NCBI GenBank assembly: GCA_037447435.1
Contig: JBBIGR010000003.1
Coordinates: 1 to 64,000 of the forward strand
DNA from: Fibrobacteria bacterium
GTDB lineage: Bacteria > Fibrobacterota > Chitinivibrionia > Chitinivibrionales > FEN-1185
DNA: 64,000 nucleotides
Direction of reading: 5' to 3'
Part shown: positions 39,601 through 49,143 of the stretch, in pieces
Layout: each line of letters begins with the position of its first letter
How positions within the stretch are numbered: position 1 is the first letter of the stretch
The notes under the pieces: model-generated
Seen by the model: only the letters and a program-made list of their open reading frames with translations
Told to the model about the DNA's origin: nothing
Databases searched by the model: none
Translations under genes and position numbers: made by a program

Positions 39601-42128
39601 TCAAGCAAATTTTAACCGCATCGATCGATACTGCGGCCATGATGACTGCGGCCCAAAAGGACCCTTTCAACGGCTATGACGTGCAATTGAATGCATGGCA
39701 ATGCACATTCATAGGCTCAAAAGGCACTGTGGCTCTGGCGCATGTCGGCTCGCAGGGGAGCTATGAAAATCCCGCTGCCGGAGCGACACTAACCGGCTAC
39801 GAACCGTATTTTCTGTCTCCCGCATCCTTGTTTTCGTCACATGTAAAATGCGATAATTCCATTATTGTCGATTTCGCGATGCCGCAAATTCCTCTTGATA
39901 TTGGAGGAAAATATGGCGGTGGGTATTTTGGAAATTGCGATTTTTATAACGCCTCTATAATGGTCCCTTCGACCATGACCGCTCAAGTCGATTTTAACGG
40001 GCAGCAATATTCCCTGGACCCGATGTTTACAGATAATATTAATTATTTCCTCCCGGACAGTTCGGCCCTTCGGACAATTTCCGGAAACACGACGATCGGC
40101 TATGATCAGCGTCGATTGTACAATACGAATGGGAGCGGACAAAATACGATCAGACTTCCGGCAGTCCCGAATATTCATGTTACGGTTTCCCCGCCCCGTT
40201 CCGTTACATTGCGCTGGGACCGTTTGTCTGCCGATCAGCCCGTAAAGGACTATGTTGTTTTTAGAGTGCACGGATTCGACAGCTTGTTTTTTGTCAATAA
40301 TCAACAGCAATGGGAACCGAAGGTTTCAAATGATTCCCTGTATACGATTTTGGATACTTTTGTCACGAAAGACAGCATATATACGGACACGACTCCGCTA
40401 TTCGGGTTTCCGTACATTTATGTTGTTGCAGCCCGCTCGCAAGACAATGAGATCGGCGAAGTCAACATACCGTTTCCGCCGCCCTTGTCATCATATATAG
40501 TGCGGTTGCAGGCAACGCCGTCGGTGCAGGCTGTCCGTAAATCGATTCTTTCGTTTACCGCGGTTTCACTGGAATGGCCTCCGGTGCCGTCCGCAACGTA
40601 TTCTGTTTACAAAATCGGATTGGATGCCGCAACGATAGGCACCGAGCCCGATTCTGCAAAAATCCGGCAAATTTTAAAGACCAAATCGTATGTGTCCTTG
40701 GATTCTATAGCCACCCGCGACACGGTTATGATAGACTCGAGCTTGCTCTTTAATAGACCGTATTGTTTTGTCGTGGTTGCCAAAACGCCTTCCGCTTCGC
40801 AGGTTTCCCTGGACCAGGTGCAATTGTCCTCATCGTTTGTCTGGATAAATAAGGAGACTTTTTCAGGCCAAAAATCCGTCCGGTTGACCGGAAAGACCTG
40901 GAACATGATTGGGCCTTGGGGCAGCGGCAGTCTCGATTTCTCGGCGGCAACGGATGTGGCCATTTATCATTGGGACGATGCCCGCCAAGCCGATAAATTG
41001 TATTCGCAATACGCTTCGGGTTTTGAAATGAAAACAGGAAAAGCCTACTGGTATCAAAACGACAGGGATACCGTCATTTCCGTGGACACCGCCATCGTTA
41101 ATGCGTTGTCACCGCAAACCGCCCAATTTCTATCTTTGACAAAAGTCAATACCGGGTGGAATCAGGTCGCTTCATCGCTTCCGTATCCTGTTTCTCCTCC
41201 GTGGCTGCAATCGACAATAGCATATGAATGGAATCCGGATTCAAACCAATACGCCATGGCAACGATAATTAAACCCTGGAAAGGATATTGGATTTTTTCG
41301 GAAAAAGATACGTTGCTTCCGTTATGCGGTTTTCCGCAAAAAAACAGCCTTGCAAAAAAAATGATGAACAGCAAATGGGAACTGCGGGTATCCTTGGTCG
41401 GGAAAAAAAGCAACGATCCGGATAACTTTTGCGGACAGGTGGCCCCGACTTCGGCAAAATCTTCTGCCGTGGCAAACTTAAAGCCGCCGTATGCGTTCGA
41501 CTATCCGCAACTTTTCTTTGTGGATAATCAGGAAAACGGTCAACAAATACGACTTTCGAAACAGTACAAATCGCCGGTATCGCAGTCCGACAAATGCGAA
41601 TTCATGGTTGGCGTTTCCCCTTCGACGGAGCCGATGACTATAGCGTTTGATAATATTGCATCGGTACCAAAAAAATCATGCGTGTTCTTTATTCAAAACG
41701 GGACAATGTATAATCTCCGTTCGAATAATTCTATACCGGTAGCCGTCCATAAAGAAGCAGTTTTTGGATATATTGTCGTTACAAGCAATCCCAAAGATAT
41801 AGCGTTGTATGAAGGAACGGTCGAATTGCGGAGGGCATACCCGAATCCTTTTACCCGAAGCGCCCATATCGAATTCACGGTTCCGTATGCATTTGCCGCC
41901 AACGGCGCAAAAATCGAAGGAGAAACAAGGAACATTAATCTTGATATTTATAATCTTACCGGCAAACGTATCGCAAGCGTTATTCACGGGCAATTGCCGG
42001 TGGGCTACTATAATCAGGCTTGGATGGGCATGAATGACGCAGGTAAGCCGGTATCCAACGGATATTATATTGTCCGCTTAAGCGGTCGGGATTTTCAGAA
42101 AACAACGCCGTTGTTTAAAGTCCGTTAA
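36639..42128 (+). CDS. Very large secreted multidomain protein (carboxypeptidase-regulatory-like repeats, Fn3-like modules, beta-helix-like region, FlgD/T9SS-like C-terminus)
   Basis: 1829 aa with signal peptide; repeated (V/I)SG-x-V...G-x-Y units; IQDAVNAA...PGTYFENI; YPNPF...IYNLTGK...W-x-G-x-NDAG-x-x-V-x-NGYY C-terminus. Confidence 0.8.
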   Translation: MKIKRIANKIIICLGMLCCFFEATHAQTAAPSMYTVSGTVVADSGRAATSVRIMFIDSSNYSRDVIATATGGFSIMLPVGTYKIRIEAVGYPIQYFNGSVNSDLPIFRLSVLADKSLSITLTKTPQKAFPSYGTVSGIVLDSVGRPLVGAAVELFMLSYNDVSAVLQTDNTGYFSATVPALTHNMSVVWGGYPKQYWTPGGTSISATPNTVFQVLPNDTVRLTMKLTQYPGNGTPVYPPVYNNGYITGKVLVKASNLPATGMIVYAFPQDSSFLKTTIFPDLMTTPYSDTVHADGSYTIKNLSLGSYLVFCRGGIYMTQFFPQTDNSTNAALIRVDSTGRVGIDFFVRPAGAIEGQVSSVQTNLNLDGIIVYANQVETNKQLSATTSLGGKFKITGCATGRWSLAVNGDRGFFIDYTKGTQDYYVTEGMTVTGANVPLLRGGSITGQVMAPQDTNATSSFNIALFPDSVLSASNPYPYETQSVWCYQKNASQFTSSVCQPGTYRCIAEPQMPYISRYGSWGPVPCWSYSMGAVGPIQSIRQVAPITIVAGDTAQNASFLFTKGFSFLSWFSVEDKSVTPPTWAHVDACIKDGSSYIPISHGYITSGDSMFQLAGLVDGQDYFLRADAEGYPTQWWGSGNVMSSDPSSPYHFSVSQFTMPKIKMLRVPSGFKSNYIPLSITTTMDSLKNLVVSWNADVSMKVDTFFLYSKDRNGLVKMVLSLPFDPTTQKYSWRELRDLSINQYSYIVVGKGKTYTIRSSVAGYDFSSFNQPAQDSLYFSVYGDHHGISMNWSAGKSYVASDKDTVSLYKLGDAGVWAVLMKQPASNTWISDNKWDKVKDAGKTFSYKIELGSNGIAKKVSGVRSFTLDNTFVSSLSNSYSVGPSETYKKIQDAVNAANDFDDIEIMPGTYFENIDCKGKVLSFNGQWNNGVAPVIDANGGTAFKVPFCAKGGINDNVSISGLKIQNALVGVNSSATINLNQCLFVNIVKQILTASIDTAAMMTAAQKDPFNGYDVQLNAWQCTFIGSKGTVALAHVGSQGSYENPAAGATLTGYEPYFLSPASLFSSHVKCDNSIIVDFAMPQIPLDIGGKYGGGYFGNCDFYNASIMVPSTMTAQVDFNGQQYSLDPMFTDNINYFLPDSSALRTISGNTTIGYDQRRLYNTNGSGQNTIRLPAVPNIHVTVSPPRSVTLRWDRLSADQPVKDYVVFRVHGFDSLFFVNNQQQWEPKVSNDSLYTILDTFVTKDSIYTDTTPLFGFPYIYVVAARSQDNEIGEVNIPFPPPLSSYIVRLQATPSVQAVRKSILSFTAVSLEWPPVPSATYSVYKIGLDAATIGTEPDSAKIRQILKTKSYVSLDSIATRDTVMIDSSLLFNRPYCFVVVAKTPSASQVSLDQVQLSSSFVWINKETFSGQKSVRLTGKTWNMIGPWGSGSLDFSAATDVAIYHWDDARQADKLYSQYASGFEMKTGKAYWYQNDRDTVISVDTAIVNALSPQTAQFLSLTKVNTGWNQVASSLPYPVSPPWLQSTIAYEWNPDSNQYAMATIIKPWKGYWIFSEKDTLLPLCGFPQKNSLAKKMMNSKWELRVSLVGKKSNDPDNFCGQVAPTSAKSSAVANLKPPYAFDYPQLFFVDNQENGQQIRLSKQYKSPVSQSDKCEFMVGVSPSTEPMTIAFDNIASVPKKSCVFFIQNGTMYNLRSNNSIPVAVHKEAVFGYIVVTSNPKDIALYEGTVELRRAYPNPFTRSAHIEFTVPYAFAANGAKIEGETRNINLDIYNLTGKRIASVIHGQLPVGYYNQAWMGMNDAGKPVSNGYYIVRLSGRDFQKTTPLFKVR

Positions 42129-42238
42129 TGGAATTAAAAAAAACTGTTAGGAAAAATGATCCAAACAGGAATTTTTATCGACTATATTAGAATATTGTAT
42201 GCTGAAGTGCTATAACCCGTTGGTTTCGTTAAAAAAGG

Positions 42239-43648
42239 ATGGAAATCATGAAACAAATTTCGTTGCCTCTTGTTTTTACATGCATTCTAGGTTTCATGTT
42301 CGGCGTGTACGCAGCGACCATTTTTTCCGATGATTTTTCCGATTCGACAAAATCAAAATTAAACTGGATTTCAACCAGCCCTGGTTTTTCAATCAATTAC
42401 GCAAATGGCGCCGTTACCCTTAAAAACAACGATTCCGTATATACGGGTTTCCTCAATCATAATTTTTCAACAAAGCCGTCGAAGTTCACTCTTTCGGTAA
42501 AATTTACGATCAATTCAGCAGCCGTCAATGGTGCCGGGCTCATTTTTTGCCTGGACAATACGACCTCGCTCAAAGGGTATACTTTGCAAATTGGAAACGC
42601 CCAAAACCTGTACATTTATAAATATGGTACTGCAATAACGCCGATCGTTTCCAATAAAACAAGCTCGTATCTGACCGCCGTTACCAATACGATCACGGTA
42701 AGCAAAAGCTCCGATACGTTTAATATTTTTGTCAACGGCTATTTTGTTACCCGCTTTAACGATTCTCAATATGCAAACGGCGACTTCGGGGTCGTGGTGC
42801 CTCCCAAATCTACCATTCAAATCGATGATGTGGTCATGACCGATCAGTTTCAGCAAGGCGCCGTCGCTTCGAGTTTTGCGGATTCGTTTCTTGTGAGCGA
42901 GTTGATGGGGTGGAATATTGCAGCCATGGTCGGCAACGCGACCGTCGGCGCCGGAAAATGCGAATTGAACGATACGAGTTCCCTGTATTCCAGTCTTATA
43001 TTTACAGACGGTAATTTTCAGAAAGCTTCCATTAAAGCGGCGGTAAAACAAATAAGCGGTTCGGGTATGTATGGCATTACCTGGGTTTCGGTGATAGTAG
43101 GCACAAACGGCGGGGTGACGTATAAGCCGTATGCGTTTGTCGTTGATTCGGCCAGACAATATTCGATTGTGTACCCCGATAGCCCGACGGTAACGACAAT
43201 GCCGGCACAGTCATCCATTTATGGTGCTCTTGCCACCGACACCCTGGAAGTGTTGCAATATGCGACGCATTTCGTTTTTAAGGCAAACGGAACAATAATC
43301 AAGGACGACATTCCTGCAGCTTCCAATTATCGCATCGACGGCGCAGGATTATATGTCTCAACAAAAACCGCGGCATCGTATAGTTATTTTATCGTCGGCG
43401 GCGACAGTACCGGAGCAAAGCCGCCGATAACAAAAGTTAATTTGCCGCAATTGTCAATTCGCAAATCCGGATATCCGATTTTTTCGTCCCATAGCATTGT
43501 CTATGATATCTTAGGCAGAACAATCGGGGTATTCGATGAAAAAGGATTTCTAAAAGCACCTTTGACATACGGTCCTTATATTGTAATCAATAAAGATGGA
43601 CAGGGGAAAATTCTCAGGGCAAGCCGGGTGTTTAAAAATGTGGAGTAA
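42239..43648 (+). CDS. Secreted protein with two concanavalin/DUF1080-like beta-sandwich domains and a short sorting-like tail
   Basis: Signal peptide; FSDDF/FADSF repeat; F-x-VNG...G-x-FG...IDDV; tail VYDILGR...GPYIV. Confidence 0.6.
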   Translation: MEIMKQISLPLVFTCILGFMFGVYAATIFSDDFSDSTKSKLNWISTSPGFSINYANGAVTLKNNDSVYTGFLNHNFSTKPSKFTLSVKFTINSAAVNGAGLIFCLDNTTSLKGYTLQIGNAQNLYIYKYGTAITPIVSNKTSSYLTAVTNTITVSKSSDTFNIFVNGYFVTRFNDSQYANGDFGVVVPPKSTIQIDDVVMTDQFQQGAVASSFADSFLVSELMGWNIAAMVGNATVGAGKCELNDTSSLYSSLIFTDGNFQKASIKAAVKQISGSGMYGITWVSVIVGTNGGVTYKPYAFVVDSARQYSIVYPDSPTVTTMPAQSSIYGALATDTLEVLQYATHFVFKANGTIIKDDIPAASNYRIDGAGLYVSTKTAASYSYFIVGGDSTGAKPPITKVNLPQLSIRKSGYPIFSSHSIVYDILGRTIGVFDEKGFLKAPLTYGPYIVINKDGQGKILRASRVFKNVE

Positions 43649-43683
43649 CGGTTTGCTTTTCTGAGCCTCGGTTTCAAATAAAC

Positions 43684-43716
43684 AAAAAGCCCAGTTGACA
43701 ACAACCGGGCTTTTTT
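43684..43716. terminator. Bidirectional intrinsic terminator
   Basis: AAAAAGCCC...GGGCTTTTTT between convergent genes. Confidence 0.8.
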
Positions 43717-43738
43717 AATCTGAGAGCAATTTTTTTTG

Positions 43739-43921
43739 TTAGGTCTTGGACATTGCTTTAAGACATTTCATGCAAATCTTCATTTTCTTTGTTGCGCCGC
43801 TTGTTTTTGTCTTGATCGTCCGCAAATTTGGTAAGAATTTCCTCTTATTAACATTATGTGCGTGCGAAATTGTTGATCCGGACATCGGGTGCTTGCCGCA
43901 CACCTCGCATGTTTTCGACAT
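43739..43921 (-). CDS. rpmB: 50S ribosomal protein L28 (Cys-containing, zinc-binding type)
   Basis: [10 protein letters not shown]...ISHAH...RKFLPNL...ICMKCLK; GGAGGA RBS. Confidence 0.95.
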   Translation of the reverse strand: MSKTCEVCGKHPMSGSTISHAHNVNKRKFLPNLRTIKTKTSGATKKMKICMKCLKAMSKT

Positions 43922-44177
43922 TTCATCCTCCTGATTAAATAGTAATCTTCTAATATAAATTATCTAGCTCATAGGTTTCAAGATATTTCGTGTTAAAAAA
44001 ATGGATTAACACAAGCCTTCCTATCAAATTTCATTTTTGCGGACAAACCAAGCACGATTCAAAATATGTCTACCTAACGGGTGGATTCAATCAAAGCGAC
44101 AACTTATCCCGCAGTGAACTGCGGGTTAGTATTTTAAATGGACAAATACTTTTATTGTAGGTACCAGGATTAACGGC

Positions 44178-44765
44178 ATGATAGAATTTTTAAAACCCGG
44201 ATATAATGCTGCATTGAATCCATTTGCAAAGCTTTGTATCAAGATTGGAATAACGCCGAATGCAATTACGATAATCGGCGTTGTATTGAGCTTTATTGCT
44301 GCCTATTGCATTGCGTTTGGTTCATGGGGCATTGCCGCGGTCGTTATCTCCATTGCAGCTTGTATGGACGGCCTTGATGGACTTGTAGCACGGCTATCGA
44401 ATCAAAAAAGCCTTTTCGGTGCGGTATTTGATTCTACCTGCGACAGGATCACCGAATTTATCTGGTTCCTCGGTATAAGCATTTACTTTTTGCATGGTTC
44501 CTATTTTGTACACATTGGCGTAATTTCAGCTTTTTGTGCAATGGCATCATCGTTTATGGTAAGCTATATACGCGCGCGGTGCGAAGGTGAACGAATACAG
44601 TGCTCCCGTGGGATAATGCAAAGGCCGGAGCGCATTATTATCCTTGTTTTTTGCTTGCTCTGCGGTATGCGTGTCATGATCGGCGGCCTTGTCGTGATTA
44701 CTGTCCTGGGAGTCGTCACTGTGTGTCAACGTTTAATCGTTGCAAAAAGCGCTTCTCCCCGTTAA
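44178..44765 (+). CDS. CDP-alcohol phosphatidyltransferase
   Basis: TPNAIT and the DGLDGLVAR...GAVFDSTCDR signature. Confidence 0.9.
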   Translation: MIEFLKPGYNAALNPFAKLCIKIGITPNAITIIGVVLSFIAAYCIAFGSWGIAAVVISIAACMDGLDGLVARLSNQKSLFGAVFDSTCDRITEFIWFLGISIYFLHGSYFVHIGVISAFCAMASSFMVSYIRARCEGERIQCSRGIMQRPERIIILVFCLLCGMRVMIGGLVVITVLGVVTVCQRLIVAKSASPR

Positions 44766-44787
44766 AATTATCAGGAGAAATTGACCT

Positions 44788-46137
44788 ATGTTTTTTTTGT
44801 CTATACGGTTCTGGAAGAATTTCCTGGCAAATCCCAAAGATTCGCTCGATAGCTTGAAGAATTCCCAAAGCAGGGTCATATATCCGCTGTTGAAATTTGT
44901 CACCTTTGTAAGGATTGTTTTTGCAGAATATTTTATGAACCATTGTATTACGCGGGCTTCGGCGGTTGCTTTTGCCCTCCTCTTAACCCTGATTCCGCTT
45001 TTAATATGCACCTCGTTTATGTTGACCAAGGTAATGGATGTGCGGTTGCCGATCATGGAAAAGGTCGTTGCTTTTTTTCTCCCGTTTGCGCCGCAGGCAA
45101 TTCTGTCCAGTCTCAGCACTTTTCTTGCGAATGCACAGAAAATAAGGGGGCTTGGCATAGGGGCGCTCATTATCGTGACGCTCGGTCTCTTTGCAACGGT
45201 AGAGCAATCGCTTAATACGATTTGGAAAGTCATGCAGGCCCGATCGTTTTTCGTGCGGTTGCGCACCTTTACCATGGTAGTCGTGTATAGTCCGATTTTA
45301 TTTTTTGCCTCGTTCCAGGTTCGAAGGAGCATGGCAATAGATATCAAACAATTTTACATTTATTCGCTCGACATGCTGTCGTTTGTATTGACTTCATTGG
45401 CATTTGTGGTTTTCATTTGGGTTGTACCCAATACAAAGGTCAAATTCAAATATGCGGCATTAGGCGGCTGTGTTTCGGGGATATTGTTCGAAATGGAGCG
45501 TCTTTGGTTTTCCGCCTATGTAAGTTATAATACGCAAACGCTGACCATTTACGGGGCTTTCGGCATTTTTGTTTTTTTTCTTGTATCTCTATTGCTTGCC
45601 GCCTGTTTTATCCTGTTTGGTGCGGAAGTAGCGTTCGTGGCTCAAAATTTTAAACCCTTGCTTCGTGCGAAAAGACGCTGGGATCGCCGAATCAGCGACT
45701 TCAAGACTTATATCAGCATGCGAGTCATGGTGGATATCATCAAGTCGTTTATGGCAAAAAAGCGTCCGCCCGCGCTTTCCTATTTTATGCGTCAATATGA
45801 AATGACCGATACCCAGGCACAAGGAATTCTTAATGCCCTTGTCAAGGCGGAATTCCTTCATGTTGTCGCCGATAACGGCAATGGGGAAGAAGGATATGTT
45901 CCCTCCCAGGATTTTGCAAATATCCGGATCAGGGAAATTTTCGATGTGATTGAAGACGAGAATCGGCGTATTGCTTCGACACCCGACGATTGTGCGAGAA
46001 AATGCATTGCCGCAATTATCGCCGGAATAAAGCATCGTCCCTCTGCGCCTACCGACAATTTGACCTTTGCCCAACTTATCCAGGACATCGATTCCGGTGA
46101 AATGCAGGCCAAGAAAATGGCACAGCTTGTTTCATGA
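44788..46137 (+). CDS. YihY/BrkB family membrane protein with a C-terminal winged-helix-like domain
   Basis: AS-x-x-AF-x-x-LLTLIP, E-x-SLNTIW, VPNTKV, IYGAFG, LFGAE motifs. Confidence 0.88.
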   Translation: MFFLSIRFWKNFLANPKDSLDSLKNSQSRVIYPLLKFVTFVRIVFAEYFMNHCITRASAVAFALLLTLIPLLICTSFMLTKVMDVRLPIMEKVVAFFLPFAPQAILSSLSTFLANAQKIRGLGIGALIIVTLGLFATVEQSLNTIWKVMQARSFFVRLRTFTMVVVYSPILFFASFQVRRSMAIDIKQFYIYSLDMLSFVLTSLAFVVFIWVVPNTKVKFKYAALGGCVSGILFEMERLWFSAYVSYNTQTLTIYGAFGIFVFFLVSLLLAACFILFGAEVAFVAQNFKPLLRAKRRWDRRISDFKTYISMRVMVDIIKSFMAKKRPPALSYFMRQYEMTDTQAQGILNALVKAEFLHVVADNGNGEEGYVPSQDFANIRIREIFDVIEDENRRIASTPDDCARKCIAAIIAGIKHRPSAPTDNLTFAQLIQDIDSGEMQAKKMAQLVS

Positions 46138-46142
46138 TTCCA

Positions 46143-46949
46143 TCAGGTGTTGCAGGTGGCTTTTTTATATGCGGAAACGCTTTTAGAGAGCTTTGAAAGC
46201 ATTGTCGAGGTATTGCCGGCGTTATCTTCGATGATCTTAACAAGAGCGCTTCCTACTATGGCGCCATGAGCTCCGGCCGTAACCATTTTTTTTACATGGA
46301 CGGGTGTCGATATACCGAATCCCACGCATAAGGGTTTTTCCGTAATTTTAGAAAGTTTCGCCAACGTAGTATGTACCGATGTGCTCATGTCCGATTGCAC
46401 TCCGGTAGTTCCAAGGCGGGACACGACATAGACAAATCCCGAAACGGTATCGCAAATGTATTTCATCCTGCTTTGCGGCGTCAGCTCGGAAACGATGTAA
46501 ACCGATTGCAAATTATGCCGGGCCATTGCTTTTGCGAGTTCGCCGGACTCTTCAGGCGGCATGTCCGCGACAAGAAGGCTATCGATGCCCGCATCTTCGG
46601 AACGACTGCAAAATTCTTCAAACCCCATGTGGAAAGCCGAATTGGCATACATGAGAATGCCGATAGGGCACTGTGTATATTTCCGGATTTTTTTAAGTAT
46701 GCTAAAAAAAGAATCGTAATTGAACCCGGCTTCGATGGAACGTATCGCGGCACGTTGATTAATAGGACCATCGGCAACGGGGTCGGAAAAAGGAAACCCA
46801 ATTTCAAGGATGTCGGCGCCGCTGTCGACATAAGCCTTAAATATCGCTTCACTCGCTTTTGCCGAAGGATCTCCAGCAACGGCAAAGGGAATGAATGCGA
46901 TTTCATTTTTCTTTTTTAATTCTTCGAATGTCCGTTCGTACCTGTTCAT
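46143..46949 (-). CDS. trpA: Tryptophan synthase alpha chain
   Basis: LEIGFPFSDPVADGP, GFVY-x-VS-x-x-GTTG, VGFGIS, IVGSA motifs. Confidence 0.96.
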   Translation of the reverse strand: MNRYERTFEELKKKNEIAFIPFAVAGDPSAKASEAIFKAYVDSGADILEIGFPFSDPVADGPINQRAAIRSIEAGFNYDSFFSILKKIRKYTQCPIGILMYANSAFHMGFEEFCSRSEDAGIDSLLVADMPPEESGELAKAMARHNLQSVYIVSELTPQSRMKYICDTVSGFVYVVSRLGTTGVQSDMSTSVHTTLAKLSKITEKPLCVGFGISTPVHVKKMVTAGAHGAIVGSALVKIIEDNAGNTSTMLSKLSKSVSAYKKATCNT

Positions 46950-46982
46950 AGCCGATTAGCACCTGTATTTATGAATTATACG

Positions 46983-48185
46983 CTATATCTTTATTTTTAA
47001 AAAATCGGCGACGTGGAAAATATCTTTGTCGCCCCGGCCCGATAAATTGACAATCATGAGTTTGTTCTTCGGCATTGCCGGCGCGGTTTTTATCGCATAT
47101 GCAAGGGCGTGCGACGATTCAAGTGCGGGAATAATGCCTTCGTATTCGCACATCATCCGAAATGCCGACATGGCTTCCTCATCGGTCGCATAGGTATAGT
47201 TCGCCCTGCCCGATTCATACAAATAAGAATGTTCGGGGCCGACGCCGCTGTAATCCAATCCTGCGGATATCGAATGAGTGGTTGCAATCTGGCCGTTATC
47301 ATCCTGAAGCACGTAGGATAGGGAACCGTGTAAAATTCCTTTTTTCGCCTGTTTCGACGGGGACAAGCGGATGGCATGCAATTTTGTATCTATGCCGAGG
47401 CCGCCGGCTTCAACACCGATAAGTTTTACCTTTGTCTCATTTAAAAAAGCGGAGAAAATGCCCATTGAATTTGATCCGCCGCCGACACAGGCGACGATTG
47501 CATCGGGCAACCTGCCCTCTAAGGAGAGTATTTGTTTCCTTGTTTCTTTACCAATAATAGATTGAAAGTCCCGCACCATCGATGGAAACGGATGGGGGCC
47601 AAGGGTGGAACCGAATACATAATGGGTATGCGGGCAAGAAAGGGTCCAGTCGCGCATGGCTTCATTGACTGCGTCTTTCAAGGTCTTATTGCCGCTTTCG
47701 ACGGGGATTACTTTTGTTCCAAGCAAATTCATGCGAAATACGTTCGGTCGTTGTCTTGCCATGTCGACGGTACCCATATAAATATCGCATGTTAGATCAA
47801 GAAGCGCTGCACAAGTAGCCGTAGCCACTCCATGTTGGCCCGCTCCGGTCTCGGCAATGACGCGTGTTTTCCCCATGTACTTTGCCAAAAGCGATTGTCC
47901 CAATGAATTGGTTATTTTGTGGGCGCCGGTATGGTTAAGGTCTTCACGCTTGATATAAATCTTGCAACCGCCGAGTTTTTGAGTCAGGCGTTTTGCAAAA
48001 TACAACGCCGTCGGCCTGCCGCAATACGTGTGCAATAAATCGGAATATTGTCTTGTAAAGGATTTATCTTTTTTTGCAGTCGCATATGCTTTTTCAATTT
48101 CCGCAAGTGCGGGCATTAACGTTTCCGGGGCAAATTGACCGCCAAAGTTCCCAAAATACCCTTTAGTAAATTGCTTTTTTTTCAT
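46983..48185 (-). CDS. trpB: Tryptophan synthase beta chain
   Basis: [43 protein letters not shown] motifs. Confidence 0.97.
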   Translation of the reverse strand: MKKKQFTKGYFGNFGGQFAPETLMPALAEIEKAYATAKKDKSFTRQYSDLLHTYCGRPTALYFAKRLTQKLGGCKIYIKREDLNHTGAHKITNSLGQSLLAKYMGKTRVIAETGAGQHGVATATCAALLDLTCDIYMGTVDMARQRPNVFRMNLLGTKVIPVESGNKTLKDAVNEAMRDWTLSCPHTHYVFGSTLGPHPFPSMVRDFQSIIGKETRKQILSLEGRLPDAIVACVGGGSNSMGIFSAFLNETKVKLIGVEAGGLGIDTKLHAIRLSPSKQAKKGILHGSLSYVLQDDNGQIATTHSISAGLDYSGVGPEHSYLYESGRANYTYATDEEAMSAFRMMCEYEGIIPALESSHALAYAIKTAPAMPKNKLMIVNLSGRGDKDIFHVADFLKIKI

Positions 48186-49141
48186 GATATTATTTTGAAT
48201 AAACGGCCTATCCGTAAAAAACGGTTTCCTTCATCGGTCCGTCCGATGGACCATACGACACAGACTATTCTTCCGCCGACATACGTTGACGTTACAGGAC
48301 CAAAAAACCGCGAGTCGTATCCTTTTTGCCAATCGTCGGCTAAAAGGAATATACATGATTGGGTAAAAGTGTAATTAAATTGGCGCACACCGTTTTGCAT
48401 AAGCGAAAATGAAAGCTCGACATCTTTCCCCTGAAGCGATTGCCGAAGATAATCATGTGCTCTGTCCCAAAAGAACCAGTCGAATTCATGTTCCTTGGGT
48501 ACCGAATCGATAGGACCTTTGTACAGGTAAAAATCGGTAAAAACAAAAGAGGGAGCGGTGTCTCCATTTATATAGAGCGACGGTTTTATATCAAAGGAAG
48601 CTTTGGGGTTTTCTTGACGGATTAGCGAAACGGTAAAGAAAAAATCCCTCAGGGACAACGAATCAAGGGCGATGCTTTCGCCTTTTTGCGGTAATACGTA
48701 CAAACCCATGGAATCCCGGGGTGAATAATCCGGAGGCAGGCTTTCTTCGTTTTTCGGCAATGCCGAAAATTCCATGTCGGGCTTATTGATAATATGGAAA
48801 TTTCCTCTGGAAACGAAAACGGAATCTCCGCTTTTTGCCGCTATACGCAAACAGGCTGCATACCGGAACAGTAACGGATCGTTCACGATCACCGGCGATT
48901 TCCTGAATTGCGGACAACACAGCGAAAGCGGCCATACATTTAATAGCCGCAGCACTATTGTCCTGTCGCCGTCGATAAGTTTGGGCGCCATTTGATCGGT
49001 TCGTATGAGCACCGAATCAAAAATAATAAATTTGACTGCCGCGGCGATTGCAATGACAATTGCGAGCCATCGAACTATACGATAGGTAACGAATCGGCCG
49101 TCTATCGGTGCGGTTACATTGGCATTGGGGTCTGTGGCCAC
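48182..49141 (-). CDS. Signal peptidase I (S26)-like protein, apparently lacking the catalytic Ser/Lys
   Basis: One TM helix, then [13 protein letters not shown] and [17 protein letters not shown] boxes. Directly downstream of lepA. Confidence 0.8.
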   Translation of the reverse strand: MATDPNANVTAPIDGRFVTYRIVRWLAIVIAIAAAVKFIIFDSVLIRTDQMAPKLIDGDRTIVLRLLNVWPLSLCCPQFRKSPVIVNDPLLFRYAACLRIAAKSGDSVFVSRGNFHIINKPDMEFSALPKNEESLPPDYSPRDSMGLYVLPQKGESIALDSLSLRDFFFTVSLIRQENPKASFDIKPSLYINGDTAPSFVFTDFYLYKGPIDSVPKEHEFDWFFWDRAHDYLRQSLQGKDVELSFSLMQNGVRQFNYTFTQSCIFLLADDWQKGYDSRFFGPVTSTYVGGRIVCVVWSIGRTDEGNRFLRIGRLFKIIS

Positions 49142-49143
49142 AA

